A DNA stretch of 64,000 nt, taken from the NCBI GenBank assembly GCA_963668675.2, contig CAXXMB010000001.1, positions 1,152,001 to 1,216,000 of the forward strand, in the 5' to 3' direction. Below, piece after piece: positions 37,846-47,790 of the stretch. The stretch comes from an uncultured Desulfatitalea sp. GTDB lineage: Bacteria > Desulfobacterota > Desulfobacteria > Desulfobacterales > Desulfosarcinaceae. Each line of letters opens with the position of its first letter. Position 1 is the stretch's first letter. The notes beneath the pieces were generated by a model. The model was not told the DNA's origin. It ran no database searches and saw only the letters and a list, made by a program, of their open reading frames with translations. Position numbers and translations under genes: made by a program.

Positions 37846-39480
37846 TCATGATGCTTCGGCCTGCTTCCAATAGGGATTGATAATATCTTCGAAAATTGTC
37901 ATGGCCGCTGCGGCTCCCTGCCCCGTTGCAGTGACGATCTGCTTATATCCGCCTTCTACATCACCGGCTGAGTAAATTCCAGGGATGTTTGTGCGATGAA
38001 AGGTATCATGCTGAATGTATCCATCCTCGTTCAATTCAATGCCAATCTTTTCGGCTAGAACGACGGCCGGTTGATAGCCGATGGCAATAAAAACGCCATC
38101 CACATCCATCTCAGTGGTCCTGCCCGCTTGATTGTCGAAAAGGGTGACGCGCTGGACACGCTCCTTTCCATCGATCGCCTTTATCTCCGTATTCCATAGT
38201 ACAGGAATATCGTTTTGCGGCAATTGGTTGGCAAGCACATCCTGCGCCCGCAGTTTATCCCTCCTGTGCACGAGCGTCACATCAACGCCCATGTGCTTGA
38301 GATAGAGGGCCTCCGTGACAGCCGAATTGCCCCCCCCCACCATGATCACCTTGCGCCCCTTGAAGAGGGGACCGTCACATGTGGCACAGTAACTGACACC
38401 GCGACCGGAGAAACGCTGCTCGCCGGGCACCCCCAGATGCCGATGGGTGGCTCCGGTGGCCAGCAGAATGGTCTTGGTTCTGAAGGTGCGTCGCGTGGTG
38501 GTCACCTCCAGGGTCTCTCCTTGGGTGATGTCGAGCACCTCCTCGCCTTGGAAAATCTGTACATACTGCATGGCATGGTTGACGAGGATGTCCACCAGGG
38601 TCTTTCCGCCCACTTGGGCAAACCCCGGGTAGTTTTCCACCACCGGCGTAAGCGCCACCTGCCCGCCCAATGCCTCGCGTTCGATCACCGCGGTCTTCAA
38701 TCCACTTCTCACCGTATAGATACCTGCCGTCAAACCTGCGGGACCACCGCCGACGATCAATACATCCACATCGACCACTTTTGCACTGCTCTCGGGGATA
38801 AAGATGGTTTGGGGCTCCAGTTTCAACAGCGATGAGATAAACACCTCCTCCTGTTGGGCGCCTTGCCCGATCAGGATGTCATTGGCGTAAGCCTGGGGCA
38901 CACTTTGGGCATCATACTTTTCGGCCAGATCGGGGCGACACTGAATGTCGATAATCTCCAGGGATACCAAGTCCGGCCGCTCGATGGCCGCTTTCAAGCC
39001 ATTCACCGTCTGTTGTGGACAATAGGGGCAGGTCGGGCTGACAAAAACCTTTACCGCTCTCTGGCTGTCCAGGCGTTCAATCACCGCCAGTGACTGATCA
39101 CTCAAATCACTCTTGCCCATCCCCACAAGCAGTATGGTTTCCAGGAAAGAGCGCCCCTCTTCTCCGATGGGGGCCCCGATCCACTTGATGTTGTAATGTT
39201 CCGGATCGACTACCAGTGTGGGGGAACTCTCCACATTCCACTTCCGGGCCATTTCGTGGTCAAGGTAGTACTCCTTGAGCGTTATTTTGTCGGTGAGCTC
39301 ACGAAACGCGCGGACCACCTGACGGCAGGCGTCCACATAGACATCCTCGCCACCTCTCTCCACAAACAGGTAGAGGGGAATCTCGTTGGGAAGTGCTGCA
39401 AACGTTTGCTGCAATTGACGAATATAGGCCTGTTGCTTATTTCCAGCCATCTCGTTGGTTTGATCGATGCCCGATGCCAT
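37846..39480 (-). CDS. Thioredoxin reductase fused to an N-terminal double-thioredoxin domain (AhpF/PDO-like)
   Basis: CPYC in second Trx fold; GGGPAG, CATC, GGGNSA, HRR; start set at the ATG after an AGGAG SD. Confidence 0.88.
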   Translation of the reverse strand: MASGIDQTNEMAGNKQQAYIRQLQQTFAALPNEIPLYLFVERGGEDVYVDACRQVVRAFRELTDKITLKEYYLDHEMARKWNVESSPTLVVDPEHYNIKWIGAPIGEEGRSFLETILLVGMGKSDLSDQSLAVIERLDSQRAVKVFVSPTCPYCPQQTVNGLKAAIERPDLVSLEIIDIQCRPDLAEKYDAQSVPQAYANDILIGQGAQQEEVFISSLLKLEPQTIFIPESSAKVVDVDVLIVGGGPAGLTAGIYTVRSGLKTAVIEREALGGQVALTPVVENYPGFAQVGGKTLVDILVNHAMQYVQIFQGEEVLDITQGETLEVTTTRRTFRTKTILLATGATHRHLGVPGEQRFSGRGVSYCATCDGPLFKGRKVIMVGGGNSAVTEALYLKHMGVDVTLVHRRDKLRAQDVLANQLPQNDIPVLWNTEIKAIDGKERVQRVTLFDNQAGRTTEMDVDGVFIAIGYQPAVVLAEKIGIELNEDGYIQHDTFHRTNIPGIYSAGDVEGGYKQIVTATGQGAAAAMTIFEDIINPYWKQAEAS

Positions 39481-39803
39481 TATCGAACTCCTTCCTTTTT
39501 TCAATACCTTATCATTTACAAACGGCAATAAGATGGGATTCAGCAACGCCTTTGTCAACACCATGCCCAAAGGCGGACTTCAAAAGATCGCTCGCCGTGG
39601 CACCCGACCCAATCCGTTATCGTATCGGCAATCTTTCTTTCCAATGAAACTTGAAATTCTTCGCTCCGATTGCTATTTGGCTAAAGGTAACGAAATAGAC
39701 GACGATCCGTCAAGTTGGAAAATGCGATTCTCAGAGGGTAGGTCAAATCCACTTTTCGACGGTCATACAACGCCCTTCGCCATCAATTCGCCATCAGAAA
39801 AAG

Positions 39804-40847
39804 GTGATGCCAAAGATGCAAAATGGAAAGACGCCACCACACCGCACCCGAGTTGTCACCATCGGTGGCGGAAGTGGACAATTTGCCTTGCTGACAGGTT
39901 TAAGAGACTTAGCGGAGATCGACATCACAGCCGTGGTCTCGATGATGGACAGCGGCGGAAGCACCGGTCGCCTGCGCGACGAACTGGGCACGCTTCCGCC
40001 CGGTGACATCCTGAAATGCATTGTGGCCCTCTCTCCTCACCAATCGGTATCCAGGTCGATCCTCCAAAAAAGATTCCAAAAAGACCGCCGCCTCAAGGGC
40101 CACAACGCCGGCAATATGCTGCTGACCATGCTTTCACGGTATACCGGCAGTTTTCCAACCGGTGTGGCGGCACTCTCGGAGATACTTGACACCCGAGGCA
40201 AGATACTGCCGGTCACCACGGACCGGGCCACTCTTGTGGCCGAGTTGACCGATGGTCAACGCATCTATGGCGAACAGGCGATCGACGTGCCGCGTGGTGA
40301 CCAGCGTGAAAAGATACGTGATGTCTTTCTCGTCCCCCACCACTCTGACGCGATTCACGTCTACCCTCCCGTCGTGGCTGCAATTGATTCGGCAGACTAT
40401 GTGATCATTGGACCTGGGGACCTCTTCACCAGCATCATCCCTAATCTGATCGTGCCGGGCGTAGCCGAGGCGCTGTGCAAATCATCGGCAAAAATATTTT
40501 ATGTAGTTAATATTATGACAAAATATGGCGAAACACACAACTTTAACGCCAAGGATTTTGTCGTTCAGCTTGAAAAATATATCGGGAAGTGCGTGGACAG
40601 CATTGTTTACAACAGCGCCTCGCCTGACGATGCCACCAGCAGATCCTATCAAGCGCAACAATCGGCATGCGTAACCCTCGATCAGGATGATCCCTTCTGG
40701 CATTCGCGGTCTCTCTACGCAACGGATCTGCTCGAGAGTGACGGGGGGGTCGTCCGGCACGATTCAGAGAAACTGGCAAACTTGCTGAAAACGATGTTTA
40801 ACCCAAGACGAAACGAACGACACTGCAGAAAAGAGAAGTCTTTATGA
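39804..40847 (+). CDS. YvcK/GlmR (UPF0052, CofD-like) family protein
   Basis: IGGGSG, DSGGSTGRLR, PPGD, GPGDLFTSIIPN, RHD. Confidence 0.92.
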   Translation: MMPKMQNGKTPPHRTRVVTIGGGSGQFALLTGLRDLAEIDITAVVSMMDSGGSTGRLRDELGTLPPGDILKCIVALSPHQSVSRSILQKRFQKDRRLKGHNAGNMLLTMLSRYTGSFPTGVAALSEILDTRGKILPVTTDRATLVAELTDGQRIYGEQAIDVPRGDQREKIRDVFLVPHHSDAIHVYPPVVAAIDSADYVIIGPGDLFTSIIPNLIVPGVAEALCKSSAKIFYVVNIMTKYGETHNFNAKDFVVQLEKYIGKCVDSIVYNSASPDDATSRSYQAQQSACVTLDQDDPFWHSRSLYATDLLESDGGVVRHDSEKLANLLKTMFNPRRNERHCRKEKSL

Positions 40848-41359
40848 AACGACCACTCGTCGTTGGGGTGATGGGAGGCGGTCAGGTCGACGAGGCAGTC
40901 AGGACCATGGCTTACCGTCTGGGTGCCTTGATTGCTGAAAGTGGCTGGGTGCTGCTCAATGGGGGACGCAGTGCCGGCGTCATGGACGCCTCTGCCCAAG
41001 GTGCAGCGGACAACGGTGGGTTGACCGTTGGTATACTTCCTGATGAGACCACCGTTCAGGCGAGCAAACACATCCGCATTCCCATCTGTACCGGCATGGG
41101 CAGCGCCCGCAACAGCATCAATGTGCTGAGCAGCGATGTGGTGGTCGCCTGCCCCGGTTCAGCAGGCACCGTTTCAGAAATCGCGCTGGCGTTGAAACAC
41201 GGCAAGGTGGTGATCACCATCGGCTATAACGCAAGTGGCCTCTTTGATTGGAGGAAATATGAGCATCAACTCGTCGAAGCAGCCACCGAGAGCGAAGCAG
41301 TCGACATCATCCGGCGTCTCTACCCTGGCAATGACGATACACCGATTCAGCCCTCTTGA
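40844..41359 (+). CDS. TIGR00725-like LOG/Rossmann-fold protein
   Basis: GGRSAGVMDA, TGMGSARN, GSAGTVSEI. Confidence 0.85.
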   Translation: MKRPLVVGVMGGGQVDEAVRTMAYRLGALIAESGWVLLNGGRSAGVMDASAQGAADNGGLTVGILPDETTVQASKHIRIPICTGMGSARNSINVLSSDVVVACPGSAGTVSEIALALKHGKVVITIGYNASGLFDWRKYEHQLVEAATESEAVDIIRRLYPGNDDTPIQPS

Positions 41360-42011
41360 AATCGCCCGGTGTTGTGATTTTGATATTATCGATCTCTCCG
41401 GGAATCAGATGGACATCCCCGCCCATCCGCTCGACCAGGCTGGCGTCGTCCGTCGATAGCCAACCCGATTGCCGTGCCAATTCGTGGGCCTTTTTAATCG
41501 TGGCCAGGCGGAATGCCTGGGGCGTCTGGACAGTCCAAAGGTGCTCTCTGGGCAGCGTGGTCTCGACGATTCCGTCACGGTTGACCCGCTTCAGGGTGTC
41601 CGTAACTTCAAGAGCCGGGACGCATGCCCCCCAGCACTTAGCGCCGGCGATGCACGCTTCGATCATGTCGATGGTAACAAAGGGCCGCACGCCGTCGTGA
41701 ATCAGCACAATGGCCCCCTCTTCATCCTTAACTGCGTCAAGGCCGTTATATACGGAGTCCTGCCTGCGCCCCCCCCCCGAAACCAGCACAGGATCGCGCT
41801 TAAGACCGGCCGCAGCGACAACAGTCTCCCTGCAGAAGGTGATCTCTTTTTCGGGGACCACCAGCACAATGTCCGTGATTTTGGAGCATGCGTCGAACGC
41901 CATAAGCGCCGACGCGAGAATGGATCGGCCACCAACCGTCATGTACTGTTTGCGTTGGGTGCTGCCCATGCGCACCCCCCGTCCGGCAGCCACAATCAAA
42001 GCGGTAATCAT
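41307..42011 (-). CDS. ispD: 2-C-methyl-D-erythritol 4-phosphate cytidylyltransferase
   Basis: AAGRGVRMG, IHDGVRP, QTPQAF, TDDA, NIKITTP. Confidence 0.96.
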   Translation of the reverse strand: MITALIVAAGRGVRMGSTQRKQYMTVGGRSILASALMAFDACSKITDIVLVVPEKEITFCRETVVAAAGLKRDPVLVSGGGRRQDSVYNGLDAVKDEEGAIVLIHDGVRPFVTIDMIEACIAGAKCWGACVPALEVTDTLKRVNRDGIVETTLPREHLWTVQTPQAFRLATIKKAHELARQSGWLSTDDASLVERMGGDVHLIPGEIDNIKITTPGDFKRAESVYRHCQGRDAG

Positions 42012-43330
42012 CTTAGGTATTTCAACTCTTTGGGAAGGGGAACCCCTTTTCCCATGGTATCCTCGCCGTAATTTGCCGACGCCAAAATTTCAATATCTTT
42101 CAAAGCTCTCACATCACCTTCGAAGACAACCCGGGTGATGTTCTCCTTCTGGATCTTTCCACCCGCCCACTGGATGTCCAGTACGCTGCTGGCATCAAAG
42201 CGATCCTCTCCGATCACGAGCTCAACCTGCCCACCATAGTACTGTACGATTTTGGCAACCAGAAGGCTTGGGCGGCTGTGGAATCCCAACTTCATGGGGA
42301 TGCCCACTTCGATCCTGCCCCGTTCAATATTCTGGTTCAATATTTCGCGGGCAACGTCCTTGCCAGTGCCGAGATAGTGACACGCATAAAAGAGTCCGTA
42401 GTTCACGGTGATGCCAAGCAGTTGATCACGGTCGACCAACGTGGACAGACGGTCCTGCACCTGTTTATATATATTCTTGTAGCCTTCATGGTGCAGATGG
42501 CGCTCATAGAAATGAAGCAACCGCCCCATCATCTGGAGCAGATGAAAAACAACCGAAAAGTAGCTGCGAAGCTGCTTGAGGCGACGATCTCCGAAACGAA
42601 ACCCACCATGGATGACATAGCTGTCGAAGGAGGACTGCAGGTTGTGAACGACCATCTCGAAACGGCGCACCTCAACCTCATTGACACTGGCCGGCACCAC
42701 GTTGTGAATCTCTTCATTGCTGTATGGTTCGTAGAAACCGAGCTGATCGAACTTCGAAGAGATACTTAAAAATTCACTGGCGATATTGACGATGTGCTTC
42801 TTCTGGACATCTTTGGCCTCGTCTTCGATGCTGTATGGAAGCATTTCGCTGGTGGTGGTGCCGGGGAAGTCTTCGGGGCCAAAAGAGGTCTTGGGTACGG
42901 GTATATCCAGACGGCGGGCCTCTCCGATAATGACCGGTGCCAGCTTCATCAGGGACGCATTCAAAAAATCCGACGCCTGTTGACCGGCAATGCGAAACTC
43001 TTCACTCTCGGGCAAATCGTAGAAAACGAGCCGATTGGCAATGTGTTTCTGGGAATAGGCACCAAGGCTCAAATGCCGTATGGCAGCGGCCAGCTCCCTA
43101 TAGAGATACCACTCTGCGCTGTTCTTCGCGCCGTGAAAATCCAGGAAGTCTTCCAGAACTTGCGATGTCGATACGAGTTCGGAGTAGAGTTTTTTCGTAA
43201 ACGCATGGGTCGGTTGCGATCCGTTGGAGAGATAGATGCAGCACTTCAAGTAGTCGTGCGAAAAAAGGCGCACCTTCTCGGCAAAGGAGATTTCACAATA
43301 GCTGTTGTCTTTCTGGGGAGAGGTTTCCAT
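42008..43330 (-). CDS. 440-aa protein: unknown helical N-terminal region + C-terminal HPr phosphocarrier domain
   Basis: GFHSRPS (His15-equivalent) and DASSVLD (Ser46-equivalent) in the last ~100 aa. Confidence 0.85.
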   Translation of the reverse strand: METSPQKDNSYCEISFAEKVRLFSHDYLKCCIYLSNGSQPTHAFTKKLYSELVSTSQVLEDFLDFHGAKNSAEWYLYRELAAAIRHLSLGAYSQKHIANRLVFYDLPESEEFRIAGQQASDFLNASLMKLAPVIIGEARRLDIPVPKTSFGPEDFPGTTTSEMLPYSIEDEAKDVQKKHIVNIASEFLSISSKFDQLGFYEPYSNEEIHNVVPASVNEVEVRRFEMVVHNLQSSFDSYVIHGGFRFGDRRLKQLRSYFSVVFHLLQMMGRLLHFYERHLHHEGYKNIYKQVQDRLSTLVDRDQLLGITVNYGLFYACHYLGTGKDVAREILNQNIERGRIEVGIPMKLGFHSRPSLLVAKIVQYYGGQVELVIGEDRFDASSVLDIQWAGGKIQKENITRVVFEGDVRALKDIEILASANYGEDTMGKGVPLPKELKYLR

Positions 43331-44529
43331 TACATCATGTCTTTTTGAGTCTCATTGATAATGTTGTCAATCTTCTGCCTCAAATTCGATGGCAGCCCCT
43401 CGATATCCACGTTTAAAAAGCCGCGAACGATCATGGATACTGCCTCATCTTCGTCCACGCCACGCGCCATCAAGTATTCGATATCTCCCCGGTCGATCTT
43501 GCCGACAGCGGCTTCGTGCGACATCTCCACGCCGGGCATGTAACCCCGCAGTTCCGGGATGGCATGCATCAACCCCTCTTTCAAGATCAGCCCCTTGCAC
43601 TCCAGGTGGGCTTTGATGCCGGGTACTTCGCCGACAAGTTCTCCCCTCGCCACAATCGTCCCTCCGGCCGCTATGGCGCGTGAAATGATCTCGGCCCTCG
43701 TTCCAGGCGCACTCAATATGACTCGGGAGCCCACATCCATGTGACACCCTTTGCTGGCGACCAGCACGCTGTTAAAACGGGCGACGGCACCCTCTCCGGC
43801 CAAGTGCGTGGTGGGATACATCTGCAGGGAACCCACCGGCTTGAGAGAGATGTAGTTGGAGACAAACTCCCCCCCCTCCTCGACATGCACGAATGTTCTG
43901 GGTCGTACATTGACCTGCTGCCCCCAATCGTGGATCATCGTGAAGTGAAGTTTGGCCCCCTTTTTGACGTAAAATTCGGATATGCCCACATGAAGCCCTG
44001 ACACCAGGTGGGGGGACGTGGCGCAACCCGTAATCACTTGCAGACTGGATCCCTCTTCAGCAATGACCACATTGTGAACATTCTGGGAAAACCCCTCTTT
44101 GGCAATGTAGAGACAGGATTGAACCGGTTTCTCTACCTGAAGTCCTGGGGCGCTGCGGATGAAATATCCTTCATGGGGGGTCGATTTGGCACTGCTTGTA
44201 AAATCATCTTTACCCGGGTCAATATGCCGCCACAGGTAATCTTTCAGCCATATATATTCTGATAATCCGCGGGAAATGGGCATCACCTCCACGCCCTGCT
44301 GATGGGCGTGTGAGTGGAGCACCGAGCTGTCCTTCTGAATAAAGGTTCCCACCCGGCCATTTTCTGCCGTATCGATACCCACATCGAGGAATTGCTCCGC
44401 ATCTTCCTTCCCGATGTCGGCCAGGTTCTCTATGTATTCATGGGCCTCGGCCTCTCTCTGATAGCGGCTGAGATCCACACTTTCCGTCTTGTTTTCTATG
44501 TTAGTATTTCCATCTGGCATCGAACGCAC
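43330..44529 (-). CDS. sufB: SufB/SufD-family FeS scaffold (minimal SUF / SMS type)
   Basis: ITGC, LHVGISEF, MIHDW, LQMYP, HLECKG, SHEAAVGKI, YLMARG. Confidence 0.88.
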   Translation of the reverse strand: MRSMPDGNTNIENKTESVDLSRYQREAEAHEYIENLADIGKEDAEQFLDVGIDTAENGRVGTFIQKDSSVLHSHAHQQGVEVMPISRGLSEYIWLKDYLWRHIDPGKDDFTSSAKSTPHEGYFIRSAPGLQVEKPVQSCLYIAKEGFSQNVHNVVIAEEGSSLQVITGCATSPHLVSGLHVGISEFYVKKGAKLHFTMIHDWGQQVNVRPRTFVHVEEGGEFVSNYISLKPVGSLQMYPTTHLAGEGAVARFNSVLVASKGCHMDVGSRVILSAPGTRAEIISRAIAAGGTIVARGELVGEVPGIKAHLECKGLILKEGLMHAIPELRGYMPGVEMSHEAAVGKIDRGDIEYLMARGVDEDEAVSMIVRGFLNVDIEGLPSNLRQKIDNIINETQKDMM

Positions 44530-45272
44530 TCCTCGTAACCGAATTCACCAATCCATTTGAGAATTTCCCGGGCATTTCGTGAACAACAGAGGTGGCCGTT
44601 ATAAAGGACCTGCCCTTTGTCGGCGGTAATATAATCCAGTATGTGACCGGTATGGGTAATGATCAAGGCTGATTTGCTGCTATCAGCGATAATTTCACGA
44701 TGAGACTTGCCCTTGGCATATGTCACACCTCGATGCAAAAGAGAGTTGATGGCCTCGCCGATGAGGGCCATGTTCTCTATGTCGACGCCCGACTCGGGTT
44801 CATCGAGAAGGATCAGGTCCGGATCCTGTGCTTTCAACTGCAACAGTTCGCTTCGTTTGATCTCCCCTCCTGAAAACTTGTGGTTGACATCGCGATCCAG
44901 AAAAGCGGAAAAATTGACCTCGGCTGCCAACCGTTCCACTTCAGCGGCCTTGCCGCGCTGCTTGGCACACACCTCGACCAGATCCCTGGTTTTCAATCCA
45001 TTAATGGTGGGCGGACGTTGGACGGAGACCCCAAGCCCCATACGCGCCCTCTCGTCGATGGGCATGTAGGTGATATCCTCCCCTTTGAACGTAATTCTGC
45101 CACGGGTCACCTTGTATCCGGAAAACCCCATGATGGTCATCATGAGGCTCGTTTTCCCCGATCCATTGGGTCCGAACAGAAGATGAGTCTCACCCTGGGG
45201 TATCTCCATGTTCACGTTGTTGAGTATCGTCCTGCCCCCGACTTCGACCTGGAGCTCCTCTATCACCAACAT
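44496..45272 (-). CDS. sufC: SufC-family ABC ATPase with C-terminal CxxC
   Basis: GPNGSGKT, FSGGEIKRSE, LDEPESGVD, ITHTG, YEECVRC. Confidence 0.9.
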   Translation of the reverse strand: MLVIEELQVEVGGRTILNNVNMEIPQGETHLLFGPNGSGKTSLMMTIMGFSGYKVTRGRITFKGEDITYMPIDERARMGLGVSVQRPPTINGLKTRDLVEVCAKQRGKAAEVERLAAEVNFSAFLDRDVNHKFSGGEIKRSELLQLKAQDPDLILLDEPESGVDIENMALIGEAINSLLHRGVTYAKGKSHREIIADSSKSALIITHTGHILDYITADKGQVLYNGHLCCSRNAREILKWIGEFGYEECVRCQMEILT

Positions 45273-45407
45273 CTCATCACCTCTTTTGGGACGTACGCTG
45301 TTTCAGGCGGCCCGGCCGTTTTTCACCAGGACGCATCGTTAGTTTCACCCGGCCACAGCATTCTTGTGACCGCGCGCGGGTTGACCCTGCTCTAAAAGAA
45401 AGGAGTG

Positions 45408-45787
<380 letters not shown>

Positions 45788-45817
45788 TCACCTTAACTCC
45801 TTTTCATATCATCGGGA

Positions 45818-46576
45818 TCATATGTCATCGATCATTGCCTGCGGATACATCAACCGCTGGCATGCGGGGCACATCTGCACGTTGTTCATCCGCATTAATT
45901 CAATGTATGCCTGTGGCGGCAAATTCATTCGACACACCTGGCACACACCGTCCACGATAGCTGTGACGGCGACACCATTTCCCTGATGCCTGGCCCGTTC
46001 ATACGTTTTTTGCATCTTTGCGTCCAGCTGCCCCCATACCGAATCGCGTTTCCGGTTGAGCTCCTCGAGCTTGCCGCGATGCTCTTCGGCCTGCTTCCGA
46101 ATGGTGGCCTGCTGCTCTTCTATTTCGCCTTGCATGTCGATCAGATCATCTTTCAGGATAGCAACCTGCTTTTCAGCCTCTTCGATATTGTCCAGAACCG
46201 TCAGCATCTGGTCCTCTGTGGCCGATGCTTTCTGCTTGAACTCTTCGATTTCCTTAAGAGTGCTCTGGTACTCCTTGTTGGTTTTTACCGCATGCAACTT
46301 CCCCTCACCCTTGACGATGGCCGATTCGATCGATTTGAGATCCGACTCATCCTGGCGGTAGCGCTTCTTTAGCGCATCAAGATTACCCATCCCTTCGTTC
46401 ACCTGCGCTTCGAAAGTACCAAGTTGCTCACTCAGCGCGTTTATACTCGCCTCAACCCCCGATAGGGATTCATCGATTGAGGCACGTTCTCCGTCTATCC
46501 GCTGCAAAGCTGCCAGTGTACTCAGACTCTCCTTTATGCTTGTGCTCATCTTCTTGTCACTTTCGCTGAGGCGCAT
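45818..46576 (-). CDS. Coiled-coil + C4 zinc-ribbon protein (CT398/HP0958-like)
   Basis: Long heptad region, LQRID, C-terminal CQVC...CPACQR; typical neighbour of nif3. Confidence 0.9.
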   Translation of the reverse strand: MRLSESDKKMSTSIKESLSTLAALQRIDGERASIDESLSGVEASINALSEQLGTFEAQVNEGMGNLDALKKRYRQDESDLKSIESAIVKGEGKLHAVKTNKEYQSTLKEIEEFKQKASATEDQMLTVLDNIEEAEKQVAILKDDLIDMQGEIEEQQATIRKQAEEHRGKLEELNRKRDSVWGQLDAKMQKTYERARHQGNGVAVTAIVDGVCQVCRMNLPPQAYIELMRMNNVQMCPACQRLMYPQAMIDDI

Positions 46577-46599
46577 GGAACCGATTCACATGGTAACGC

Positions 46600-47445
46600 C
46601 TATAATATCAATTTAAAGGGGTCATTTTCAATACGGCACGGTTCGATGTCGACTGTCCATCCCTTCCCATGGGCATGTTGGCGCAGCTGTTCGACCAACT
46701 TATCGATGAAAATTCGTTCCGAAGCAAAATGGCCCACATCGATCAACGCCCGGCCATGGTCCTCTACGCGTCTGGCGTCATGATAGCGCAGATCACCTGT
46801 CAAATACACATCGGCGTCGCTGGACAAAAATGCATCGAGCAGACTCGATCCTGCCCCCGAGCATACAGCGACCCGTTGCACCGACATCTGCGGATCCCCC
46901 ACGATCTTCACAGCCGTCAAATCGAACCGACGCTTCACCCGTTGGGCCAGTACTTCCAATGACATCTGCGTCTCCAGCCGCCCAAGACGCCCCATACCGG
47001 CGGTTATGTCGCTGCCGGCCTGATCGGTTCTATGACCGGCAGGGACCATCGGTACCAACTCACCGAGACCGATCATGTCGGCAAACATCTTGTTCAGCCC
47101 ACCGGCGGCGCTATCCAGATTGGTGTGCGCCGAATAGATCGCCATACGGGACGCCAGGGCTGTCTCGATCACCCTGCCAACAGCGGTCTCCACATCCACT
47201 GTTCGCAGCGCGCTGAACAGCAATGGGTGGTGGGTGATGAGCATGTCAACCCGTTGCGCTGCGGCAGCCTGGACCACCTCCAAAAGAGGATCCAAGGCGA
47301 CCCAGACCTTTCCGACCAGCCACTTGCGAGAACCCACCTGCAGGCCACAGTTATCCCAATCTTCCGCCAATATCGGCGGAGCCAGCCCTTCGATCACGCC
47401 TATGAGATCCGCAACATTGAGATTGTTGATGGGTTTTGTGCTCAC
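46600..47445 (-). CDS. Nif3/YbgI-like dinuclear metal-centre protein
   Basis: WDNCGLQVG, THHPLLF, HTNLD, TGDLRYH, GHFASE. Confidence 0.94.
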   Translation of the reverse strand: MSTKPINNLNVADLIGVIEGLAPPILAEDWDNCGLQVGSRKWLVGKVWVALDPLLEVVQAAAAQRVDMLITHHPLLFSALRTVDVETAVGRVIETALASRMAIYSAHTNLDSAAGGLNKMFADMIGLGELVPMVPAGHRTDQAGSDITAGMGRLGRLETQMSLEVLAQRVKRRFDLTAVKIVGDPQMSVQRVAVCSGAGSSLLDAFLSSDADVYLTGDLRYHDARRVEDHGRALIDVGHFASERIFIDKLVEQLRQHAHGKGWTVDIEPCRIENDPFKLIL

Positions 47446-47656
47446 GCTCTTTTTCCTTTTTTGGCTTTGGCTCTATATCATTTTGCACCTCTATTGCAAT
47501 GACATATTGATACAGACCTGCCTGTTCGTTTACGAGAACTCTCTGGCCGCGCGATAAGAGGGGAAATCTTAGAAAGCCGATGCATTGGGTAACCGAGACT
47601 GGCTAGCAACCGGCAGGTGTTTGAATTGGGACGATGGACACTTAAACGGAGAAAAG

Positions 47657-47729
47657 TGGGCCCACCTGGGATCGAACCAGGGACCGACCGGTTATGAGCC
47701 GGTGGCTCTGCCAACTGAGCTATGGGCCC
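47657..47729 (-). tRNA. tRNA with CAT anticodon, most likely tRNA-Ile2 (lysidine); CCA not encoded
   Basis: GGGCCCATAGCTCAG...CT-CAT-AA...GGTTCGATCC...TGGGCCCA then CTTTT; paired G1-C72 (not initiator); downstream of rpoD like E. coli ileX. Confidence 0.9.
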
Positions 47730-47790
47730 GTCTTGAATGCAGGCATCTATTATCGACCGCTTACGGGTTTGTCAAGCATAACCACTCAAT

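Noticed and set aside
37843..37848. Selenocysteine read-through at the TGA TGA ending the reductase
   Set aside because: No redox motif context, no evident SECIS hairpin, and an in-frame TAA shortly after
47657..47729. Calling the CAT tRNA initiator or elongator Met
   Set aside because: G1-C72 is paired and the anticodon stem lacks the initiator GGG/CCC; sequence and rpoD-linked position fit Ile2 better, though elongator Met is not formally excluded
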